Positions 1 to 13,714 of a DNA stretch of 64,000 nucleotides are shown here, piece by piece. Location of the stretch: contig OZ024742.1 in the NCBI GenBank assembly GCA_964016885.1, positions 140,554,001-140,618,000 on the forward strand, in the 5' to 3' direction. The notes below the pieces were generated by a model. The model made no database searches. It had not been told where the DNA came from and saw only the letters and a program-made list of their open reading frames with translations. Within the stretch, counting starts at the first letter, position 1. Every line of letters begins with the position of its first letter. The position numbers and the translations under genes were made by a program. The stretch is from Eledone cirrhosa. Taxonomy: Eukaryota.

Positions 1-129
1 CGACCAATTTACAGTGTGGATGGGGTGTGGGTGCGTTTATGTAGCATGAGAATTGGAAAGGTAGGTCTAGAGTGTGGATGTAAGTATCTGGGTGTTAGGA
101 CATGGGATGTCTATGAAAGGGAGGTGTGT

Positions 130-625
130 GCATAAAAACTGACCTCTGCATAATGCCAGAGATCTTGATCATGTGTCATTGTCTTTGAGAGGTGCAATTT
201 TGCAAGGTCAGCTTTTATCATCCCATCCTAATCCTTCCTAGGTCTTCCTACTCTATAGTTTCCATCAACTTTGAGTACCCTGCACCTTTTTATTCAGATG
301 TCATCTTTCATATGCATCACATGTCCATACCATCACAATCTCTTCTCCTGCACACTGCATCTGATTCCTCTTATGCCCAGTTTCTCTCTCAGTTCATTTA
401 TATTACTATTATACATCCATTGGAGTATGCAAGCTTCATTTCTTTCCAATCTCCACAGTTCTTCTGTTCACAGTGCCTAAGTCTTACTACCATGTAACAT
501 TACTGTTCATATATATGCATTATACAATCTGCCCTTCATTTGAGGGAAAAACCTTTTTGTAGCTAGCAATGCTAGTAGCTCCCTGAACTTTCTCCATCCT
601 GTTCTCACTTTGGCTACTGCACTTT
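130..625 (-). mobile_element. Decayed RTE LINE 3' part
   Basis: Minus strand resembles the GWKKFRELL...LYDAC...LRWYGH region of the intact RTE ORFs in this window. Confidence 0.75.
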
Positions 626-769
626 TGGAACACCCACCTCCACTGCTAATTTGGTCACCCAGGTAACAGAAGCTGTCAATCTTTATTTATTAAAAATCTA
701 TTCTTTTTTGAAATAAAGGAATGCATTTTAGGACATATATACAAACACAGACACAACATATATACATGA

Positions 770-1065
770 GATTGAATCCCCTGAGTGGACAAGTGGCTTG
801 ATTTTTACAACTGCAGATTGATTGCAGGAGTAGGGACTGTGCAGATGTATATTTTGGGTTGTGGTGTGTAATGTTGGAGGGGATTGTATCTTTCCAAAGC
901 CATGATATATATTAGTCATACTTAGTCAACCAGATGGTATCCAGAGATATTTTATGGGACTTACGAAGAATTACTTCAAGGGATGGTGTAACCAACTTCT
1001 GTATTCTTTTCAGTTTAGAGATAAAGTAATCCAACTTCCCAGTTCTATTTTATTTGGAGTACATA
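770..1065 (-). mobile_element. Possible Penelope-like remnant
   Basis: Minus frame ICSCKNQATCPLRG resembles the CxCx(n)CPLxG linker of Penelope-like elements; heavily decayed. Confidence 0.4.
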
Positions 1066-3034
1066 ACAGTTAAAGTTGTCATTTTACATTTATTTTTTTT
1101 GTGTTTTGCACGAGTTGGATGGAATCTGCAGTTTATCTTATTTTCGTGAACATCAAGTGATTTGGAGTAGAAGACTTCTCCTGGGCAGGACTCCAGTCTT
1201 TCATAGGACTAATCTCCAGATACCACTGGTATTCATTTTCAACCAAGTGAACTGGAACAACATAAAATGAAGTACCTTATTCAAGGACACAATGATTTAC
1301 CTAATCTGGGAATCAAACCTATAAGCTTATGATCACAAATCCAAGACCTTAACCACTAGCCTCCACATGAAAAAATAAGTACCAGATTGAAAACAGAATG
1401 ACTGAAACCAAAACAGTAACAAAGAAAAAGAATAGTTCAAATGTTAAAAAAAATGAATGGGGATGGTAAATAGGAGAGAAAATGGTAACAACGTAGGATA
1501 AAGAGAACTCTTAAGTCATGTGCAAGGTATTATAACCTCTCTACTGCTGGTACCACAACAAAAGCAACTAGTACACTCTGTAAAGTGGTTGGTGTTAAGT
1601 AGGACATCCAGCCATAGAAATCCTGCCAAAAGGTTTGAGAGAACAAGGCAGCCTCTTAGTGCTGTGGCCACAATAAAATGCGGCCAGTACACTTTGTAAA
1701 GTGTTTGGCATTAGGAAGAGCATCCAACTGTGGAAACCATGCCAAAATGAACATACCTGAACAATATGCAGTCCCTCAATTTATCTAGAAGGACCGCAGC
1801 TCCAATTAAGCATTGACTTGGAGTGTAGCATTCTGTCCAATCCATGCCAGCATGGAAAAGCAGACACAAAATAGTGATGATGATGATGTCCTATATAGAT
1901 TTATTTATACTTGAGAGAGACAAAGATGGATGGAAGGAAAGAAAACAATTGGTAGACAAACAGACACAGAGAATCGTAGAATGTGTGCTTTGAATCCAAA
2001 TGATCTACTTACAAGATTATTTATGAGATTTTCTTAAGATAAATTATGTGACAGTTCAAGGTCAACGTTTTAACCTGAAAATTCTTTGAAAATATTTTGA
2101 CTAAAATATATATTTGTAGTTTATTTATCTTTATTTGTTTGGTTGGACGTCTGTGAAAAGTATTTACTATATTGTTCTTCATAGGCACAGACCTAGCTGT
2201 GTGGTTAAGGAGTTCATTTCACAACCATGTGGTTTCAGGCTAAGTCCTACAGTGTGGCACCTTGGGCAAATGTCATCTACTGTAACCTTAGGTTGACCAA
2301 TGTCTTGTGAGTGAAACATCAAGAGCCTGTTGTGTGTGTGTCTGTGTTTATGTTTACTGTTTTGTTATGTCTTGCAACTTAACAGTTCAGAAAGATATCA
2401 ATAAAATAGACACTGTTGTGGATATAATCAATTAAATAACTTTAAGGTAGTACCCCAGCATCTCTGTCTCTTTTTCTCACCTACTCTCTCTGTCTCTCTC
2501 CCCTACACACACACACACACACACACACTCTCTCTCTCTCTCAATTAAATTTCTTCAAAATAGTGACCCAACACAACCACAGTCAAATTATTGATGCCAG
2601 CAAAAGAAAATTGATAATTTATTGAAAGTTTGTAGAAAAGAAAACAGATATTAGATAAACAGACTACATTCAATGCTGGACCTTCCGCATCATCATTATC
2701 ACCACCATCATCATCATTTTTCTGTCTGCTTTTTCCTTGTATGTGTTGGGACAAGGCTTTTATGGCTGGTTTCCTGATACCAGTGCATCTCACATGTCCA
2801 CACTCTACAGAGTGCACCGCTACATTTTATAATGGCACCAGCACTAGGAAGATTGTCATGTCTTTGACACAGCTGAAGAACCTTAACAACCTTTTGTTTG
2901 ACATGTTTTTTACGGCAGGATGCCCTTCCTCTCACCAACTACATTACAGTGTACTGGGTACATTTATTGTGTAAATCAACACTAGATGTTGTATCCTTGA
3001 CACAACAGAAGGATCCTCTCTCTCTCTCTCTCTC

Positions 3035-3067
<33 letters not shown>

Positions 3068-4249
3068 GACAGGCTTTCTACAGTTTTACTCACAGGTCTG
3101 ATGAAATTTTTTTGATATGTGCAATGATTGCTTTTTTAGAAGCAGGCTTTTGAAAAAGACAAGATTGGTTACCGTTGATAGTCAGTGCAGATTTGGTATG
3201 AGGTGTTTAAATTGCGTATTTATAATTCTTATTTACCAATCTAAACTATAGTAAAGTAAGGAGCGCGGGACTGCGTCCAGAATATATTTTTTTATCCCAT
3301 TTGTAAAATAAGTGGGATTACTTTGAATAAATAATGAATGAATGTTACATAATTTATCTACTAAATTTCATTATTCTTGATTAAATATAAATAATGTTGT
3401 TGCTTATTTTAAGATTCACTTTAAAATTTTCAAATGTCAACACTTCCGGTTAGCGATCGCTTAAATAAATATTCATATATTTCCGTCACTAATTTTCTCC
3501 TAATGCAGTTTATATATAATATCGTCTTTTTTTAATGTATCATGGATTATGTTACTAATTACATAAGACAGTGTAATGCAGTCTTCGTTCAATTTCTGTT
3601 TATATTGTCAATTACGATTTTATTTGATGTATCATATCTACATGCATATATACTTGCGTATAATATCAATATACACACTACACATGGGATTTTAACTCAG
3701 AGCGTAAAGGACTATAACTCTATGCTGCAATAATAATACTGGAAACAGAAATAACTTGAATGTGGAGAGTGAAAACAGAAATAATCAATAGATGCCTTGG
3801 GAATGGTAAAAAAAAATGCACACACAAATAAATACATAACCTAAGACTTAGAAATATGCTCAAGATACAGAAAATAGCACTACTAGGCACTGTACACATA
3901 TTGCAAAAAGTACTTTCAAAACAAAAGAAACAATACGACCAAAATATGACACGTAGACCTGTGCTCAGTAATGTAGTGACAGCACACAATAAAAATAAAA
4001 CTAATGTAAAATAATAATATGATGATGATAATTATTTTTAGCATAGCTCTAAGGCCAGAAATTTGAAGGAGGGCACTGGTCAATTGAATTGATCCCAGTA
4101 CTTGACTGCTGCTTTATTTTATCAACCTTGGAAGGATGAAAAGCAAAGTTGTCCTCTACAGAATATGAAGAGCTGGAACAAATAGTCCAAGGCATTTTGT
4201 CCAACACACAATTCTGCCAATTTACTATCCTAATAATAATAATAATTGT

Positions 4250-4462
4250 TTCTACTTTAGGCACAAGGCCAGCAATTTGAAGGGGAGGGGAAAGTCAAAT
4301 AAATCGCTCCCAGTGCTTACTGGTACTTTATTTTATCAACCCCGTAGGGATGAAAAACAAAGCTAACCTTGGCAGGATTTGAACTCAGAACGTAAAGGGC
4401 CGTAACTCTATGTCGCAATGCATGTTGTCTGATGCTCGACCAATACTGCCAATCCACTGCCC
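4250..4462 (-). mobile_element. tRNA-derived SINE
   Basis: A/B-box head (TGGCAGTATTGGT, GAGTTCAAATCC) plus the family core TTTCATCCxTACGGGGTxGATAAAAT; further copies at 4045-4230, 8284-8470, 10940-11100, 25436-25580, 30455-30650, 54180-54470, 61142-61247, 63335-63547. Confidence 0.8.
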
Positions 4463-4589
4463 TAATAATAATAATAATAATGATGATTTATTTATTAACC
4501 ACAAAGTGTTTACATCAAGAAAAACAGCACAGGCCAAAAACATAGTGTGTGTGTTGGTGTATGGGTTTTGCTTGTAAACAAATTCTAAC

Positions 4590-5925
4590 AATGTTTAAAA
4601 AAAGGAAGATAGCAATAAAATTAAAACAGGAGGGTCCTCATAAGGAAGGAGACGTTCGTGTGTCATTCGTGGAAAAAAATCCATGAAATCATGGGTGCCC
4701 TGATCCCTAGAGTAAGTACCCTGTCTCAGTTGTACTCCTCCAATCTACAGGCTCACACTCAGAGCTGGTCCATTCACTCACGCCATGCTCACCTCTCTCA
4801 CCCACCTTTCAACAAATTGCTTTGAAGGCAGCATTTCCCTTTCCACTCTGATTTTCCTTTTCACCAAAGAAGAAAGTGCTCGTCTTTAACTCTATCAAGA
4901 ATGTCCACCATACAACCTCTTTCACCATGGCCATGAGACAGATAAAAACAGTCTGCCCTTCTTGACTAAAAGAAGGTGGCGAGACAATCTTCACAAGGGA
5001 CTTGGTTAATAACCAGATTTGTCCTACATGCAACAGCAGGTGTTCGACATAAACCCACAAGTCAGCAATGCTCGAACACTGGATGAGTACGTGTAGGGCA
5101 ATTTTGTTGCCCAGTGTGCATCTCAGACAGGCCGGCTTATGGCACTTCCATGCCTGTAGAGTTTATCCCAAACTGGCAAAGCTCCCCACTAGCACTTTCA
5201 GGCCAGGGATTTTTGGAAATTATTCATGGGCCCTGAACTAAAAGTCCTCCCAAATAAAGTGGCTAGTTGATTTTCATTAATGTCTAGAATTTCTCAAGAA
5301 CATTGTCACTTTCATCCGCCACTAACCCTCTATAGAACGCCAATGTGGAATTTCTACTGATCACATTGCCCAATTAGCAGAGAGCTGTAAGTGCCTGAAG
5401 ACATTCCAGTTTCCAAGCGCTCCTCCTTGGTTTCCGCTTGGCCCAGGACTGCAGCTCCATTAAGGATGTGAAGGGACACATCCATTTAGTGAATGGTGAC
5501 CACACCTGTTCACCGTTTAGGAAAAGAATGAGATATCGTAGCCTCTGCACATCATTATCCACGGCATGCCCAGCCCTCCACACAGCGGGTGTTGACAGCA
5601 GATGGACTGACTAACCATCAAAATGCATCCCTTCCATAACAAGTAGAAGGAGCAAACACTCCAGTAAGATGGGGTATTAGACAACGCATGACAGCTAGGT
5701 GGTAGTAGATGGTGGATGCAATGTACGCGTTCACCACCTCTGCCTTATCTTTCAAGGACAGCTTTCTCTCAGCACATTCCTGGGTGAGATTCGTCACTCT
5801 GTTCGTCACTTTGTCCCAGTTTTTGTCTATCTAGAGGTCTGGACCAAACCAGACACCGAGCAATTTAACTGGTCCGTCTGTCCAGTGTCTGAAGACGCTG
5901 TTAGATGGCATGGACCTGTCTCTCC
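4590..5925 (-). mobile_element. Decayed L1/Tx1-like LINE ORF2 3' region
   Basis: Fragments RKLSLKDKAEVVNAYIASTIYYHL, WKLECLQAL and a C-terminal CxxC...HxxxxC motif, with frameshifts. Confidence 0.65.
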
Positions 5926-7063
5926 AGAAACTTTCTTGAAGAGTGACCTTAAGAAACTAAGCCTCACAACTGAGATGACAAAAGATCGAGAGAGCTGGCA
6001 GTATGTTGTAATGATGAAGACCCGGCCACAAGCATACAACATGACCTGACCCATCCACGAGCTCCTTCCCCTCCCGCCCACAAACACTCCCCACCATCTA
6101 TCATCACCACTACTGCACCCATCACGCATGCTGCCTCCCCATTTAGATATCCTCACCATTGCACCCTAGTAGCTACTCTCTCTATCCCTTGTTCACCCCT
6201 TACACCTCATCCCCTACACTACTACATCCCCTCTTCCTATATGCTAATCAGCTACCCCTACCCTTTATTCATCCTTTACACCCCTACCTATCTCTCCATC
6301 ATGCCCCCACTCCCATCATATTGACCACATCCCTCACACCACTACAACCCTTACCCTTTACTCATTGCCCTGCCAAATTCTCACAAACACGTATAACTTC
6401 ATACCTATTTCCCTCCCCTATTGCCCTCCTCCTCAGAGCTGAGAGGGCTCTACAGTTGGGTCTACGACCAATCTCTCTAGTGATGGTGCCACGAAAATGC
6501 ACTTGGTAAGGGTGGTTGTTGACAGGAAGGGAACACCACTATAAAAACCATGCTGAAAAGGGTTGAGAGGACCCTTTAGTTATGTCAAGGACATCATACT
6601 CTTCCTAGTACTGATAATCTACACAATAAAATCACCCAGTACATGGTGTAAAATGGTTGGTGTTAGGAAGGGCATCCAGCTATAGAAAGCTTGCCGAAGA
6701 AGGGGTTAGGAGGACCCTTCAGGTTGTATTAAAAGATATGACAACTTCTCTGCATTCAATATGACTGTACATAAGCAGGATACAGACCCCTTGGCCTGCC
6801 TGAAAGGTCAGTAGCTCCGCTTTTGTACTGACTTGGTCTATGTAGTCCTGTCCAACCCTTGCTAGTAGAGAAAGCGGACATTAAATGATAATGATGATTG
6901 TATCAAGAACTAGATTCTCCAATGTCTGCCATCTATTTTTTAAGACTTACTGAGATTTGGCTGCTATTTCTAGTAGGTTAAACAACCCTGACTGGAAATG
7001 AATAATTGATGTATTGGGTAATAAACTGTACTGTACTGACATGATTTCTAATTTCTAACACAG

Positions 7064-7163
7064 GGTTCACATTATGGCTGCTAAAGTACCAAAATATTCT
7101 GATAAAGCTATAGAAGAAACTTTCTTGGAGAACCTACGATTTGCTGCTAACCGTTTCCAGAAA
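7064..7163 (+). CDS. HYI: HYI internal exon
   Basis: cacag|G GTT CAC ATT ATG...CAG AAA|gtaaat; VHIMAAK...LENLRFAA. Confidence 0.9.
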
Positions 7164-10100
7164 GTAAATACAGTTTGTTTCCTCCATTTCTACTAATAGT
7201 ATCTATTTTGTTGTTGTTTTCTTCCTTAGTGGTTAAGAAATTTGCTTTGCAATCATGAAGTCATGGGTTCCATCCCACTGCATAATATATTGGGCAAATG
7301 TCTCGAGCCTTAATAAAATTTGGTCAACAGAAACTGTTTGCTGGATTGTAGCTGTAATTCAAAGTCCAGCCTTGTCACATATTGTGTCACATTGATTAGG
7401 CTTAGGAATTACATTAAGGATACATGTGTTTGTGGAATACTCAACCACTTACACATTAATTCATGAGTTGGATGCTCAGTTTATTGAACAATTGAAATTT
7501 CATTATTGAAACCAATAGAAGATCCATCATAGTATGTGTATCCAGTTTTGAATAGGTACACTGTATTCCTGTGTGTTGTAAGATGTGACTAAAAGTTGGT
7601 ACCAGGGAGAGCTTTTAGACATAAAAACACAAACTTAGTGAATGTAAATTATTGATACTTTTATAACCTTTTTACTCCATTTGACAGTAGAGTTTGATAT
7701 TAAAAATGAAGTGAACATACTCTTCACTGAGAAAGCCAGAGGTTGGTGATTGGGGTTCAGAAGATAGGGAAAAATAAAGAAGCTTGTTATGAGGCTCACA
7801 TCTTATAGAATAGAAGATGAAGTAAAAGAGAAAGGAGATGAAATAAAGGAGAAAAGAAGAGAGGAATGAATGTTGAGGAAGAAGAAATAGAAGGAAGATG
7901 GCCTTAAAATACTTGTTATTGATTTATTCATTCTTTAACCCTTCCATTTCCATATATTTAATTTAAAAAAAACCCCAAAAAACACTGCCTATGAGTTTCA
8001 AATAATTTTGAAAATTAAAAAATATTAGAGAAATTTAGTAATATAACTAACTTTCTCATTATTAAGCTAAAGTTTGGAGCATAATGTAACAAAGGTTCTT
8101 ACATAAAACAACGCTGGAAGGTTTGTAGATAAATATAAGCACTTTAAAATAGAACTGGGAGTACTTTCAGGCATTTTGATTTCAAAAGGTCATAAATTTT
8201 CATTAGTTTTTAATTTTTATACAAATATACCAATACATTTTGGCCAACACTCTAATGATTTAGCCAATTCACCACCCTTAATAATTGTTTCTACTTTTGA
8301 CACAAGGCCAGCAATTACCCAGTGTATTACTGGTACTTTATTTTATCGATCCGTAAGGATGAAAGGCAAAGTTAACCTCGGCAGGATTTGAACTCAGAAT
8401 GGCAAGGGCCGTAACTCTATGCGTCAAAGCATGGCGTCCGACCCTCTACCGATACTGCCAATCCACAGCCTATTCACCACCCTTAATAATGGTTTCTAAT
8501 TTGGCACAAGTCCAGCAATTTGAGGGAGAGGACAATCAGTTATATCGACCCCAGACTGCTACTTTATTTTATTGACCCCAGAACTCAGAAAGTAAAGAGC
8601 TGAAAAAAATAGTGCTAAACAGTTGTCTGACACTTGAATAACTCTCCCAATCCACAATAATAATTGAGTAATGCTGTAGAATAACCACAGGATTTATCTT
8701 TATTGTTTTGGTGCAGGAATATTGATAGTAATCATACTGCGGAGGATGATGGGAATAGAGCCAGTGGTGAATGTTGTGAAGTGATATGGAATGAGATGGT
8801 TGGGTCATATGTTGAGGAAGAATGGAAGTAACTGGATGAGAGGAATAGAGCCAGTGGTGAATGTTGTGAAGTGATATGGAATGAGATGGTTGGGTCATAT
8901 GTTGAGGAAGAATGGAAGTAACTGGATGAGAGGAATAGAGCCAGTGGTGAATGTTGTGACGAGAAATGGAATGAGATGGTAGGGTCATATGTTGAGGAAA
9001 AATGGAAGTAACTGGATGAGAGGAATAGAGCCAGTGGTGAATGTTGTGAAGTGATATGGAATGAGATGGTTGGGTCATATGTTGAGGAAGAATGGAAGTA
9101 ACTGGATGAGAGGAATAGAGCCAGTGGTGAATGTTGTGACGAGAAATGGAATGAGATGGTAGGGTCATATGTTGAGGAAGAATGGAAGTAACTGGATGAG
9201 AGGAATAGAGCCAGTGGTGAATGTTGTGAAGTGATATGGAATGAGATGGTTGGGTCATATGTTGAGGAAGAATGGAAGTAACTGGATGAGAGGAATAGAG
9301 CCAGTGGTGAATGTTGTGAAGAGAAATGGAATGAAATGACTAGATTCTGTGTTGAAGAAGGATGAAAGAGACTGAGTGAAAGGTATAGAGCTAGTGATGA
9401 ATGGAATTAGATGTGGTGAGGAAGGATAAAATGGACTGGGTGAGAGGTATAGAGCCAGTAATAGATGTTGTGAAGAGAAATAGAATGAGATGGTTGGATC
9501 ATGTTTTGAGGAAGGATGAAAATGACTGGTTGAGTAAAGTGATAGTAATGAATATGGAAAGAAGTAGTGGAAGGGGAAGACCAAGAAAGGCATATCTAAT
9601 GATGTTAGAGGAAGATATGAAAGCCAGGGTGTTAGTAATGATAATAATAATGAAATAATTGTGTACAGTGCTCAGGTGCACTACAACTCATCAAAAGTGC
9701 ATGTATAGTTCATAGAATAATGTACAAATGTCAGGAAAATGAACAGTGTACGAGTCATGAAATACATGTGTGTGTGTGTATGGAGGGGGGACATCAGGTG
9801 TAGTGTTGGCGAATCTCAGGAAGCATGGAGGTTTTAAAGGATGCAGTGTCTCGACAGCTAACAACTAATGCAGGTAATTTGTTCCATGCTTCAGCAACTC
9901 TGAGCGTGAAAAAATGTTTCCGAAAGTCATGGGAGCTGTGCTGTTTTCTAACTTTGTAGGCATGCCCATGTGTGTTAGACACATGGAAATCAAAAAAGTG
10001 CTCAGGGTTGTTTTGGCAAGATGGTTAATGATTTTGTGGGTGTTTACCAAGTCAGTTGCCAGACATTGGAGCTTCAATGTATCCATGCCCAGGGAAGCAG

Positions 10101-13100
10101 TGTTCAGAGTATGGTAAATGCCTGATGGAGGGTATTCGCTTGGTTGCACGTCTCTGAACAGTTTCCAGGTGGTCAATGTTCTGAGCAAGATAGGGGTTCC
10201 AGACTGGTGATGCAAATTCTAAGTGTGGCCGCACCATAACTATATACAGCTTTAAATAGACAGCTGGAGAGCTGCTGACAAAGGTCTGGCTGAGTGATGC
10301 TAAGACACCCTCGACCTTCTTGACAATTTTAGAGATGTGCTTTGTCCAACGCAAATCGCTGCTGACCGTAATGCCCAGGTCACATTCACAAGAAGGCTTC
10401 TTGATATTAGTATTGTGGAGAGAGTATGTGGACGCTGGGTTTTTCCTCCCAAAATGCATGGTGGTACACTTGTCCATAGCCAACTTGAGTTGCCAGTCCG
10501 TGATCCATTGTTGCATTGTGTCCAGGTCTGATTGCAGGAAAGATCTATAGTGTTCAGGATCTGTCTTTTTTATCTCAAGGTACAGCTTGATGTCTTCTGC
10601 ATATTTCAGTACTGTGACATTCTTGGAGGATGTGGAAGATAGGGCAAAATGGAGGAACCTGGTGACATAATGGGACTGGGGCTTCTTTCATTAAATCCTC
10701 CATGGAAAGCTGGCAAAAATTATGCAGGTGTGGGCCTTAATGAGAACGACAATAGTATTGTTTAAATGGATTAGTATTGATATTCTATTTAGGTTAAAAA
10801 ATAAAGGGCCCTTAACTCCTGATTGAGTGGTAGGGATACTGTTCTGACACATGGTATGTCTAGGACATTTTAAGCCTGACAAAGCCCTTGCCTCTCCAAG
10901 TCAGAATATAGCTGATTTCTTCCAGTGAAGAAAGAGGAACAATCAACTCCAGTACTGGTCTAGTATTTTATTTATCAACCTCGAAGATGAAAGGTAAAAT
11001 TGACCTCTGCAGGATTTGAACTCAGAGCACTGTGAACTGAAACAAATGCCAAAGTAGATTTCATTTGATGCCCTAACAACTCTGCCAATTTGCTGTCCAT
11101 TAGTGTAGGTGAGGATTAATACACTTAAGTTCATTGTATCATAGTAGATGTAAAAATGACTCAATGAATATGGTGTTGGTTTTCAAACCTATATATGTTA
11201 AAGAAATAATCAATCTCGTTATTTATTTCTATTTCTACAGGAAGATATTATGGGTTTGATTGAACCTATAAATTCTCGCCTGAGCGTTCCAAATTATTTC
11301 CTTGATTGTCCTCATAGAGGTAAAAGACATTTATTTTCTATTGTTATTTTGTTTTAACTTTCTAACCTTTTATTTGGTAAATTGTATAGATTTTATCATA
11401 CCATCAATTACTCAGGGAGCAGAAATGTGGTCAATAATCAAAAATATTGAACAGAAACTTAGAACAACACAAAAAAATATGGAAATATACATGTTAGGAA
11501 TCACTAGAAAGGTAAAGAAAACCTGTCAATGAACAAGAGAGCAAACAAAAGTACAAGACATAAAATATCTTAAGAAGATAAAATGGAAATAGGCAAAGTA
11601 TGTAGCATGAACGAATGACAACACATGGACAAAATTATGTACAGACTGTAGACTAAAGACAACAGGTTCAAATAATTGAGGAAAAAAGAAAAATGAGATC
11701 AATAAGATTAAGGGCATTTCATAAATGAGAGGCACAGGAATAATTGGCTATAGGTTGTGGAGACATTTGTCTTGTAGTGGTCAGGTAATGGTTGAGATTG
11801 AAGATGATGACAATGATTTATAGTTACCATTTTTATTATGGCAATCTTCACACAAGTTTTTCATTTGCACAATTTCTTTCTCTCTTCCTCGCTATTTCCA
11901 TCACCCCCTCTGTTTCTCTCTTTCTCACACTCTTTATGTCTATCTCCCACTTCCCCCTCTCCCTGTTCCACTATCTCCCCCTTCTCCTCCAATTCCACTA
12001 CCTCTCCCCTCTCCTCCAGTTCCACTATCTCTCCCCTCTCCTCCAGTTCCACTATCTCTCCCCTCTCCTCCAGTTCCACTATCTCTCCCCTGTCCTCCAG
12101 TTCCACTATCTCTCCCCTCTCCTCCAGTTCCACTATCTCTCCCCTCTCCTCCAGTTCCACTATCTCTCCCCTCCCCCTTCTCCAGTTCCAGTATCTCCCG
12201 CTCATCCTCCAGTACTGTCTCCCTCTGTTCCATTATCTTCGCTTCTCCTTAATCGAATATCTCCCCCTTCCCCCTGCACTAGTATTCCTCCTCACCCTTT
12301 ACCAGTATCTCCCCCTCTCCCTACTCCAGTATCTCCCACTCCCCTTACACCAGTATTCCCCCTCAACTTATTCCAGTATCTTCCCATCTCCCTGCACCAA
12401 TATCTCCCCACTCTCTCAAAAATAAGTAATTCACTAATAAAATACAAGAATTGTTCTCTGTCAACTGTTTTATCTGATCCAATGTTTTCTATTTTAGCTT
12501 TGAAATATGTCAAGGAACTGAATCATCCTAATTTAAAGTTGCAGTTTGTAAGTTACTAATTTATATTGAATTTGTTGTCACTTATGCCTGTTGTCTATTT
12601 TTTAACCCTTTAAACACCGACCTGACCAAAACTGCCTCTATTTAACAGTGATAAAATTTAAATTCAAATTTGGACTGAAATCTCATTATTTCATGAAAGT
12701 TAATGTTAGATTTCAGTAGATAAATCTTCAACTTTTATATAAACAAGAGAGGGCTAAGGACAGAGTATTGGTAGACCCCAACATGCACACTAAATTGTTC
12801 ACTATAGCCATTATTAATTTTAATCTTGTTGACTGCACCTCTGTACATAGCTTGTACAGCCCTCACAAGCCACTCATCTATCCCTAGTTTCATAAGTGCC
12901 CACCAGATTACAGAACGAGGGACCCTGTCAAAAACTTTCTCCAGGTCAATAAATGCCAAATAGAGGGGTTTACTTTTAGCAAGGTACTTTTCCTGCAGTT
13001 GCCTCACAAGGAAGAGGGCATCTGTGGTACTTTTACCTAGCGCAAATCTGAACTGCATCTAGGTTAATTTGATCTCTAATCAGTTGTACATGACCTGGTC

Positions 13101-13653
13101 CATCAATTTGATGCTGAGGCAGTTTCCTGTCTAGTGCATATTCTTTGCCCTTGTAGCAGTTGACGATCATGCTGCTATACCAGTCATTGGGTATAACACC
13201 GTTTTGTATTACTTAGTTTACAATATGGATGGTTATGGTGTGTCCTACTATCCCAACATCTCAGCAACTATTCCTGATGACCCAGCTGCTTTGCCTATCT
13301 TCATATCCTTAATTGCCTTACTTACTATGCTACTACTGACTTATACAGCTGGTCGCTTAGGGCAGACTATCTTCCTTCCATGCATTCTCCTATTTCATCA
13401 GTCTCTCATAACGACACTTCCATGCTGCCTTCTTTTCAGCAACAGTGTCATCTCAGGCACACTTCTCCCCAACATTACAATTTTCCCTGACACACTATCT
13501 CACATCTTTGGTTCTCATGTTGCATGACATGCATAAACTTTTTATTTTCTGTTTCCCTCGTTGCAAAGTATACTTGTCACCTGGCCTCTTGGTAAAGTTC
13601 TTTGCTTCCCTCATTTTGCCGTTCTTTCTATGTCTGCATCTTGGTCTTAATTG

Positions 13654-13714
<61 letters not shown>

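Noticed and set aside
8569-9258. 229-aa His-rich repetitive ORF
   Set aside because: Antisense reading of the 90-bp LINE-derived tandem array; open only because the unit is a multiple of 3.
11792-12559. 255-aa and overlapping repetitive ORFs
   Set aside because: Produced by the 27-bp minisatellite; only 12498-12547 is a real exon.
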